Positions 17,692 through 24,743 of a stretch of DNA of 32,000 bases are shown piece by piece; position 1 is the stretch's first letter, and each line of letters starts with the position of its first letter. The position numbers were made by a program, and so were the translations under genes. The DNA is taken from NCBI GenBank assembly GCA_030149205.1, contig JASBSB010000003.1, forward strand, positions 210,001 to 242,000, read 5' to 3'. The notes under the pieces were generated by a model, which was given only the letters and a program-made list of their open reading frames with translations, searched no databases and was not told the DNA's origin. This DNA comes from Candidatus Heimdallarchaeota archaeon (lineage in GTDB: Archaea; Asgardarchaeota; Heimdallarchaeia; Heimdallarchaeales; Kariarchaeaceae).

Positions 17692-19249
17692 TAAAAATGA
17701 AATTTAAGTATTCATTATAACCACTTGCAGGTTGAATCAACAATAGAAGTGTCAATAGAGTGAAAGAGAAGACAAAGAAAATGTTTTGATTCTTGGGAGT
17801 TTCTAAATCCCCAAATTTACTTTTAAACCATCTGACCCTTTTTTTAATGTTATCAGATATTCGAAAGTATTGATGTATCAACATCCTAAAATTTGAAATT
17901 ATTTTATTTGTAAATTTATTTCGTGAAAATGCTTTACTCACAAAACTTATCCTGTGAGGAGTTGAAACAGCTTTATATTCATCGACGGTAACCAAAGAAA
18001 ACTTGTTCTGTTCCTTTCTTGTGTGGTCCTTATTTTTAAAATTATCAACCCAATTTGCTATTTTCGGTTGGACATCTTTCAACCAATTTTCAATGGAATA
18101 ACCGATACCTTCTGTATAAAAAAACAAAACAAAAATTAATAAAATAAATGGTACAATTTCTTCGTATGAAGTCAGGGTGTTTCTCCCTAATGGGTCAGCA
18201 AAAGAACTTAGAAAAGGAGAACTAACAGACCGAAATCCGCCAACAATAAATGAAGCAATTAATACTCCTGGTAGTGAACCAACACTGCCGAGCACAATAC
18301 AGGCAAACGCTGGTAACAGAAAATCAGCCGCAACTTCTGGTTTTATAGGAATTGCCATGGCAACTAAAGCTCCAGCAAACGCAGATGTACCTCCTGAGAT
18401 AAACCAGCTCAATTTATACACTTTCTCGACATCAACACCAGAACTTGCCGCAAGACTCGGATTTGAGGAGGTTGCTCGAAGTGATTTTCCGAATTTTGAA
18501 TATTGAATGAATATTATAATACCAATCACAACTAAAATTAATGAAGAAATTATCAATATATCAATTGCTGAAATAGTATAAGTTGACAAGGAAGTTACAG
18601 TTAAAAAGCTTGTATTACCAAAACCCATGACGAGTCTAGGATCAGGTATTGTAATTTGAGATTGAGAGAATATTGGGTTGAAATGAAAATCTGACCCCGA
18701 AAACCTTAAATAAATTGCAGATCTAATAACTAATGCCAAACCTAATGAAGCAATCATTAAGGTTTGGATGGATGAATTCCTATCTCTCAATGGTTTGAAG
18801 ATTATTATATCAGAAAGAACTGCAATTAGTCCCCCAACAATAAATGAAAACACTAACGCAGTAGGCAACAAAAGAATAGAAAATGAATTTCCTCTTGAAA
18901 ATATATTCATGCTTTGAAGATAAAGTGCGGTATAAGCTCCTAAAGTAACGAATTCTGCTTGGGCAAAGTTTGCAAATTTGAAGACCTTGTAAGTAAGAGT
19001 TAATCCGAACCCAATTGTTAGATATAAGGCTCCCCAGAACAAAGCACTTCTTGTTGTAGCAAAAACTGGTATGATAACGTCTGCTTGTTTCCCTATAAAA
19101 ACAAAAATTACTTGGAAAAATATCCAAACTAAAGATATGTATCCTATCAATTTACCGAATTTTCTTAATTTTGATGTACTATCAAATTTAACACCTTCCA
19201 TTGTCATTGATAATGATTCATTCTGATTGTCTTCATTAGCTTCATCCAT
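17612..19249 (-). CDS. livH: LivH-type permease with long C-terminal extension that leads into the LivM N-terminal helices
   Basis: GLTLTYKVFKFANFAQAEF, SKFGKSLRATSSNPSLAASSGVD, FACIVLGSVGSLPG. After the LivH core come a hydrophilic linker of about 100 aa and two further hydrophobic helices. Confidence 0.82.
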   Translation of the reverse strand: MDEANEDNQNESLSMTMEGVKFDSTSKLRKFGKLIGYISLVWIFFQVIFVFIGKQADVIIPVFATTRSALFWGALYLTIGFGLTLTYKVFKFANFAQAEFVTLGAYTALYLQSMNIFSRGNSFSILLLPTALVFSFIVGGLIAVLSDIIIFKPLRDRNSSIQTLMIASLGLALVIRSAIYLRFSGSDFHFNPIFSQSQITIPDPRLVMGFGNTSFLTVTSLSTYTISAIDILIISSLILVVIGIIIFIQYSKFGKSLRATSSNPSLAASSGVDVEKVYKLSWFISGGTSAFAGALVAMAIPIKPEVAADFLLPAFACIVLGSVGSLPGVLIASFIVGGFRSVSSPFLSSFADPLGRNTLTSYEEIVPFILLIFVLFFYTEGIGYSIENWLKDVQPKIANWVDNFKNKDHTRKEQNKFSLVTVDEYKAVSTPHRISFVSKAFSRNKFTNKIISNFRMLIHQYFRISDNIKKRVRWFKSKFGDLETPKNQNIFFVFSFTLLTLLLLIQPASGYNEYLNFIFIVFIFFCNIRDYGIIIEYSHRIYRFS

Positions 19250-19457
19250 AAAAACAAAGATTAATACATAGTCTTAAACATATCGGGTTCAACAATTTAT
19301 CAGATGAATATTTACTAAATTATTGGAAAAAGTTCAAATTATATGACAGTTTAGTACACATTATTCGAAAATTTATCCTTGTCAGTTTTGTTGAAAATTA
19401 TTAACTATGATTCTTTAGACTTAATGTTTCTTGTTTTAAGTATACGATTTAACTAAT

Positions 19458-20756
19458 CTATAAATTAAGTAATTTCCTTTTCTTATATAAGACAACAAGA
19501 ACACCAAAACCAACTAAAAAGAATAAAAAGTTAAATGGTGAAGGTGCTTTACCAACAAATATTGGAGCGGTTGTAGCCAACTTAGTAGAGTTCAAAGTTA
19601 AAGTATCACTTTTCCATGACCCTATTGTAACAAGACTTGCCTTTCCACCTGTTGTTTGTACTTGCCAAATGTCATAACTTGCTTTAGATACATCACCATT
19701 GGTATCGAAAGTGATAGTTCCAGATGCACCCTGGAAATTGGTTCCCACTGTCTTGATTTGAGCATTGACATCAGCGCCTACGGTTGATTGAGCTTTAATT
19801 ACAGCATCACCAATAATAGTTGCTGCATCATAAGCTTCAGCAACGAAAATAGTTGGATCCACATTGTATGCTTTTTTGTATTCTGCATTAAATGTAGGAG
19901 TACCTGTTACTCCGGGAGCAGAACCAACCACACCATTCATGCTATCATTCACTCCAGGATTCTTGAACATTGAACTAGTCCCAATTCCATCTGTACCCAT
20001 TATAGGAACATAAACTCCCTGTTTCTTTAATTCATTTAATATTGCAGATCCATCGGTCACAAAACTAACCATAAAAATCCCATCAGGTTTAGAATTTTTT
20101 ATATTTGTAACCTGAGAGGAGAAATCCTTTTGAGTGGCTTGATCATAAGCTTGTGTAGTGGTAATATTGTTAGTAGAGTTTTGAGCCTTGAAAGCCGTTG
20201 TAAAGGCATTGATTAAACCTTGACCATAAGCATCATTTAAACCAATAACAGCAACATTATGTAAATTGAAGTGTTTTGCTAATGAAGCGTCAGCTTGTCC
20301 TTGATAAGTATCTGAAGGAACAACTCTCCAAAGATATCCACTATCAGCAGCAGTTGTAAGTGAAGGAGATGTTGAAGCATAAGAAATCATCGGTATTTTA
20401 TTCGCTACTGCAACCGGCAATGCTGATAGAGTAGATGAAGATGCTGCAGCGCCTACGATCCCAGATACTCCTGCTGTTGCGAGAGCGGCTATAGCATCTT
20501 TTGCTCCTGTAGGGGTGGTTTTTGTATCTTGAGTAACCAAAGAGAAAGTGTATGTACTCTGCTTCTTGTTTAAATCGCTAACAGCAAGCTTGGCACCATT
20601 TTCAAATGAGAGACCAAGCGAACCCAGAGATCCTGTCTTAGGAGCAAGCAATCCAATCTTGACTGGAGTTGCTGCATGGGTGACTTGAACGAGTTGAGGC
20701 ATTGAAAAAGCCATCAAGACGATCAATGAGATAGATAGTAAACTAATCTTTTTCAT
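19458..20756 (-). CDS. Branched-chain amino acid ABC transporter substrate-binding protein (LivK/LivJ-like, PBP1 fold) with C-terminal TM anchor
   Basis: Signal peptide, VKIGLLAPKTG, IVGAAASSST, MISYASTSPSL, YLWRVVPSD, AEAYDA; C-terminal SPF-hydrophobic-KKRK. SD AGGTGA upstream of the ATG. Confidence 0.9.
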   Translation of the reverse strand: MKKISLLSISLIVLMAFSMPQLVQVTHAATPVKIGLLAPKTGSLGSLGLSFENGAKLAVSDLNKKQSTYTFSLVTQDTKTTPTGAKDAIAALATAGVSGIVGAAASSSTLSALPVAVANKIPMISYASTSPSLTTAADSGYLWRVVPSDTYQGQADASLAKHFNLHNVAVIGLNDAYGQGLINAFTTAFKAQNSTNNITTTQAYDQATQKDFSSQVTNIKNSKPDGIFMVSFVTDGSAILNELKKQGVYVPIMGTDGIGTSSMFKNPGVNDSMNGVVGSAPGVTGTPTFNAEYKKAYNVDPTIFVAEAYDAATIIGDAVIKAQSTVGADVNAQIKTVGTNFQGASGTITFDTNGDVSKASYDIWQVQTTGGKASLVTIGSWKSDTLTLNSTKLATTAPIFVGKAPSPFNFLFFLVGFGVLVVLYKKRKLLNL

Positions 20757-20893
20757 ATTTTCACCTGTTAAGGTATTGCAAGATTCTATTTGTGCTTATT
20801 AACCTTGTTGCTATCAGTTCGTACAAAAAAAGTAGAATTCGTAGTAAACATATCGATTACGGGTGTGAAATGTAACTTTTCAGCCGAATACAC

Positions 20894-20910
20894 AAATTCC
20901 CAGGGAATTT
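20894..20910. repeat. Perfect 8-bp inverted repeat AAATTCCC-A-GGGAATTT
   Basis: Read directly. Intergenic, 19 nt past the arvB stop and about 140 nt upstream of the substrate-binding protein start. Confidence 0.7.
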
Positions 20911-20929
20911 TATTTCTACAGTATAAATT

Positions 20930-21277
20930 CTAATTAATTGCAAAATTTTCAATGTTAATTGCGATTTGACCCTGCTCTTTGTGTTGTATTTCGGCATTTC
21001 CAGGGGCTATAACCAAAAGATTGTTCTGTAACAATTTTCCAAATCCAAATCCTCCTGACTTTGATTTGATTGAAATCTCTAATAGCTTGATCCCAATAAA
21101 TTCAGAATTGAAACGTTTTAGACCCTCTTGAATTAACTCCAACTGCTCCTCAGGATTAAGTTTAGATTCAAGAATTAAAATTTTTGAGTTTTCAATTAGA
21201 TTAATGATAAATTTGATCCTCTGTTTTCTTGAGAGGAGCTCTAATCGACTGGCAGTAATAAATTCGATCGACTGTAT
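20930..21277 (-). CDS. oapB: DUF2073-family protein (OapB/ArvB-like), 115 aa, apparent ATA start
   Basis: The frame is open 45 codons upstream of the tracked TTG (21142): IQSIEFITASRLELLSRKQRIKFIINLIENSKILILESKLNPEEQLELIQEGLKRFNSEFIGIKLLEI...LLVIAPGN. This matches the DUF2073 pattern I-x-I-E-F...K-I-L-x-L-E-x-x-L-x-P-E-E...F-x-G-I...L-x-V-I-G/A-P. It lies directly after the oapA stop. Confidence 0.8.
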   Translation of the reverse strand: MQSIEFITASRLELLSRKQRIKFIINLIENSKILILESKLNPEEQLELIQEGLKRFNSEFIGIKLLEISIKSKSGGFGFGKLLQNNLLVIAPGNAEIQHKEQGQIAINIENFAIN

Positions 21278-21278
21278 A

Positions 21279-21884
21279 TTAGACCACCTCTAAAAGTTTT
21301 GAATAAAGCTCATCGATCCCCTTTCCGTAAAGTGCTGAAATTGGTACGACCTTATGATTAGGGAATGTGGAACTTATAACCTCAGGTTTTGCTTCAGGTA
21401 AATCAGATTTGTTTGCTACAATTATGGTCTTCTTTTTCTGCATTTCAAGTGTCCCCAATAATGTTAAACTTACCTGGTCAAAAGGTGTCTTAGTAGAATC
21501 CATTAAAACTAATGCAACGTCAACTTCTTGTAGATATTTTATAGCTTTAATCACTCCAGAAGTGGCTTCTTTTGCACGTTCAATTGCATTTTCTTCTGTT
21601 ATACCTTGTTTAACAAAATCTTTGTAATCAATCGCACTGGCTATACCAGGTGTATCAACCAACGTAAGATCTAGCTTAGAGCCGTTATGGTTGAAATCTA
21701 CATGTTCTAATGTTACTAGATCTCGGGTTTCATGTGCGATTTGGGAGACTGCCGACATATCTGAGCCTATAAAATCATTTGAAAATCGATTAGCGAGGGT
21801 AGACTTACCAGTGTTTACCTCACCAATCAAACAGACCGAAGCTTCTTTTTTCCGATTCAATAGCTTCGTTAAAAATTTATTCAT
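21279..21884 (-). CDS. oapA: Archaeal Era-like small GTPase OapA/ArvA (no KH domain)
   Basis: GEVNTGKSTLANR, AHETR, VDTPGI, IDYKDF, AIERAKEATSGVIKAI, DSTKTPFDQV, ANKSDL, FPNHKVVPISALYG. HETR, RAKEATxGV and FPxH are typical of this family. ATG 21884 preferred over TTG 21902. Confidence 0.88.
   Translation of the reverse strand: MNKFLTKLLNRKKEASVCLIGEVNTGKSTLANRFSNDFIGSDMSAVSQIAHETRDLVTLEHVDFNHNGSKLDLTLVDTPGIASAIDYKDFVKQGITEENAIERAKEATSGVIKAIKYLQEVDVALVLMDSTKTPFDQVSLTLLGTLEMQKKKTIIVANKSDLPEAKPEVISSTFPNHKVVPISALYGKGIDELYSKLLEVV
21285..21290 (-). promoter_or_regulatory. Shine-Dalgarno GAGGTG for the oapB/arvB ATA start
   Basis: Minus strand reads GAGGTG-gtctaat-ATA, a 7-nt spacer. It is embedded in the last codons of oapA. 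Confidence 0.65.
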
Positions 21885-22054
21885 CAATTGAGCTACATGC
21901 AATTTTTATTTATTTTCTAAGAATACTCATATGTTATATGGATATGTAATTTCAAATGGATGACAAAAATTCAAAAATTATTAAAAAAATTAAAAATATA
22001 TTGCAAACCTATTCTGGGACAAAGATTGAGGGAAGTCTGAACTCAGATTCATTT

Positions 22055-22474
22055 TTAGTAATCTGGATTTTCGAGAAGGAGTCGAGAAACTAAACTTTGA
22101 ACGGATATGACTTGATCTCTCTGATAGGTTTGTTTTCCAAACCATTCCATCTCTCTGCAATCATCATCGATGATGACTTCGTTAGTATCTAGAGTTAATA
22201 TCAATGGATACAACCTACAACCCATGGGTCTATCGTAATATATTGTACATTGACCCTCTTTATTCAGAAAGAAACACCTACCATCAACATTTCTTAACTG
22301 CCAAAACCCATCAGCTTGTTTTGGATCCAAACAAAATTCTTCTCGGTTAAATCCTTTAGCTTCTATTCTTTCCAGATCCTCACTTGAAAGTAACATCTCA
22401 GTGTTTAAACAGCATTTATGGCAATCCCTAAAGCCACATTTAACCTTCACCTCATTATCATCCATATCAATCAT
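22055..22474 (-). CDS. YkgJ-family cysteine-cluster (putative Zn/Fe-S) protein
   Basis: CxxxxCxxCC (CGFRDCHKCC), then CFFL, CTIYYDRPMGCRLYP. Confidence 0.85.
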   Translation of the reverse strand: MIDMDDNEVKVKCGFRDCHKCCLNTEMLLSSEDLERIEAKGFNREEFCLDPKQADGFWQLRNVDGRCFFLNKEGQCTIYYDRPMGCRLYPLILTLDTNEVIIDDDCREMEWFGKQTYQRDQVISVQSLVSRLLLENPDY

Positions 22475-22490
22475 AACCTAGTTATCACTC

Positions 22491-22991
22491 CTATTCATTT
22501 ATTAGATTTAGGACAATATTAATAGTTTCATCTATGTCAATATTCAATATTTCTATCACTTTATCTTTTCCAAAGGCCTCAATTGATCGTAGATAACATT
22601 CCTTGAATATTTCTGCCTCAATGTTTTCCTTTACCTTGGATTCCTTGTAACCTCGACGAATCAATCGATCTTGGAGTATTTTTAGATCTGAAGTAAGGAC
22701 TATGCATTTCTTTACAAATCTAGGTGGGATTAAATCGGTGAGATGACCTACAATAACAATATTCTCAGTTGAAGGTAAAGTTTCTTCCAATTTCGTATTT
22801 AATACACGGTGTACTATCTGCTCATCTAGCACATAAGTCTCTTTTTCATCATCATAATCATTTAACAGGTCTAATTGACGATACAGGTCTTTTTCTTCGA
22901 TAACATAGTACCCCTTTTCATTCAATAATTTTCCAATCGTTGATTTACCTGTACCAGGTGTGCCATTAATAACAAATATCTTATAATTCAT
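22491..22991 (-). CDS. Adenylate kinase, AK6/Fap7 (archaeal AdkA-like) type
   Basis: INGTPGTGKST, VGHL (hhhxH motif), RLIRRGYKESKVKENIEAEI. ATGA overlap with the upstream Zn-ribbon gene. Confidence 0.88.
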   Translation of the reverse strand: MNYKIFVINGTPGTGKSTIGKLLNEKGYYVIEEKDLYRQLDLLNDYDDEKETYVLDEQIVHRVLNTKLEETLPSTENIVIVGHLTDLIPPRFVKKCIVLTSDLKILQDRLIRRGYKESKVKENIEAEIFKECYLRSIEAFGKDKVIEILNIDIDETINIVLNLINE

Positions 22992-23302
22992 TCATCATCT
23001 GGGTTGAATATCATTCTGACAACACCATCTTTATCTTCAATTGGTATTGGGTCATTTTCGTTCCTATTCATGAGATGATTTAAATTCAATTGGTATGCAC
23101 CATGACCTTTGATTTTTATTCCTATATTAGATTCATCCCCTGGTTTTAACTTATCAATTTCAGGTTCAATCTCCAATTCTCTGGATTTGCCAATAAACTT
23201 TATTTTCTTACTTTTACAGCTTTTACATCCCTCAAACAAGGCAACTGCTACATCTGAGATATCTACGCCACAATTTCCACAGACTGCAAATTCTTTATCC
23301 AT
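22988..23302 (-). CDS. oapC: DUF2072-family Zn-ribbon protein (OapC/ArvC-like)
   Basis: CGNCG...LFEGCKSCKSKKIKF and IGIKIKGHGAYQLNLNHLM...DGVVRM match the DUF2072 pattern CxxCG...GCxxCG...IxIxxxGxYxxNLxxL. TATA-like ATTTAAATAA at 23331-23340. Confidence 0.75.
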   Translation of the reverse strand: MDKEFAVCGNCGVDISDVAVALFEGCKSCKSKKIKFIGKSRELEIEPEIDKLKPGDESNIGIKIKGHGAYQLNLNHLMNRNENDPIPIEDKDGVVRMIFNPDDE

Positions 23303-23444
23303 TACTCAACATTTCATTATATCCCAATAGTTATTTAAATCTACGTAGATTGAAAACTAGAAAATCCTCTGGAACTTTCAATCTTTTGATTAGAGCTTTA
23401 TGCACTAATAGAAAATGCAATAAACACCATGTAAACTTCTCGTT

Positions 23445-24041
23445 GTGTACATCATAGTTCCATCTCGTGGAGTCAAATATTCAAAATCAAGATTAAGAAT
23501 GAAATTGAACAATACTATGGTGAATAATTTAGTTAGCATTATGTTGGATCACACAATTTCACTTCTAAACCAAATGGATTGCAATATAATCCTATTGTCT
23601 CCAGACAAGAATCTGTCAAAAAGATACAGGTCGGAAAGATTAATTCAAATTGTTGATTCAGGTGACTCCTTAACTTCAGCAGTCCAACAAGTGCTTTCAG
23701 CTCCTGAGCTTAAACATATCAACAACTTTTATCTGATTATGCCTGATATCCCAGAGTTAACAAGTAAAATATTGACAAAATTGATACAAAATTCAAAGCA
23801 TTTTGATAACTTTCTCGTTCCGACGACAGATAAAGGAATCGCATTTTTAAAGTTAAGCAGAGAGAATTTAAGATTAGTTAAATTTGGTCAAAATTCTTCT
23901 TTACAGTTTCAACAAATTACTGAAGTAAATTTAGATGAAAGTTTCGTTTTAAATGATTTAGATACTGAAAATGACTGGAATCAGTTGAAGACTAGTGAGT
24001 TGTTTTCGCAGACTGTTTACAAAACTTTATTTTCCAGCTGA
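23445..24041 (+). CDS. cofC: 2-phospho-L-lactate/phosphoenolpyruvate guanylyltransferase CofC-like
   Basis: IIVPSRGVKYSKSRL, IMPDIP, LVPTTDKG, FGQNS and DLDTEND match the CofC pattern; cofD lies 3.6 kb downstream. The sequence is divergent. Confidence 0.72.
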   Translation: MYIIVPSRGVKYSKSRLRMKLNNTMVNNLVSIMLDHTISLLNQMDCNIILLSPDKNLSKRYRSERLIQIVDSGDSLTSAVQQVLSAPELKHINNFYLIMPDIPELTSKILTKLIQNSKHFDNFLVPTTDKGIAFLKLSRENLRLVKFGQNSSLQFQQITEVNLDESFVLNDLDTENDWNQLKTSELFSQTVYKTLFSS

Positions 24042-24473
24042 CATCATGTCGACCGTGACAGTTGCAACACCAGGAATTGCCTTGAATTCATTCTTTACTG
24101 TTTCAATTGATACGTTTTCTAATTCTGTACTATCGAAATATCCCTCATAAACACATGCGTCTTGGGTGAAACACAAACCTGTAGAATACAAGGTTTTTAT
24201 ACCAAGTCTGATAAATATCGATCCCATCTGACGTAGAAAATCCGGAGAGAGTTTACCAATATTGATATTTATTTTAGTTACTGTGTCAGAATTTGTGGGG
24301 ATAATTCTAATTATTCGTGTATTGGGGGCCAAAATAATCACAGCGTATCGACCCTGATCTTTTTGTAAAGCTTCGATAAACTTATCAGGGAGTCTTATTG
24401 GCTCATTTTGGTCTATAATTGTCATATGTGCGATAGTTACTTCAGCTGGTTTGTTTGTTTCTTCTTCAGTCAT
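24027..24473 (-). CDS. Hypothetical protein with AbrB/MazE-like N-terminus and ACT-like C-terminal domain
   Basis: IIDQNEPIRLPDKFIEAL...YAVII...IIRIIP resembles a swapped-hairpin domain. The C-terminal alternating beta/alpha segment ends in IPGVATVTV (ACT-like) and carries TGLCFTQDAC. The CDS is well supported; the fold assignment is tentative. Confidence 0.6.
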   Translation of the reverse strand: MTEEETNKPAEVTIAHMTIIDQNEPIRLPDKFIEALQKDQGRYAVIILAPNTRIIRIIPTNSDTVTKININIGKLSPDFLRQMGSIFIRLGIKTLYSTGLCFTQDACVYEGYFDSTELENVSIETVKNEFKAIPGVATVTVDMMSAGK

Positions 24474-24743
24474 TTAAAAACTCCTAAAGTGATTCAAATA
24501 TATAAGTATGGATTGTTTTAAAGATATTTCCTTTTCCTTTGAGATGAAGGCTTAGTTTTTTTACACAATTAAAACATCGAAATCTTAAGGGTTGAAAGCT
24601 TGATTCTCCTAAATTATTGTATAGGTTATTTTTACTTACACCACCCTTTATAAATTTTCTCAATATTCAGAGCCTGATACAATTGACGAATTTTTTTATA
24701 AATCAACCAACAAAAGAAACATGATGACATAATATTAACTTAA

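Noticed and set aside
21279-21884. Bacterial Era GTPase
   Set aside because: No C-terminal KH domain; motifs and the DUF2073 neighbour indicate the archaeal OapA/ArvA family.
21885-22054. Replication origin next to oapA, by analogy with haloarchaea
   Set aside because: The region is AT-rich but I see no ORB-like repeats or G-string, and there is no orc1/cdc6 gene in the window.
24670-24730. Box C/D sRNA (CTGA at about 24674, ATGATGA at 24721)
   Set aside because: The boxes are in the wrong order for a C/D guide, there is no terminal stem, and such motifs arise by chance in AT-rich DNA.
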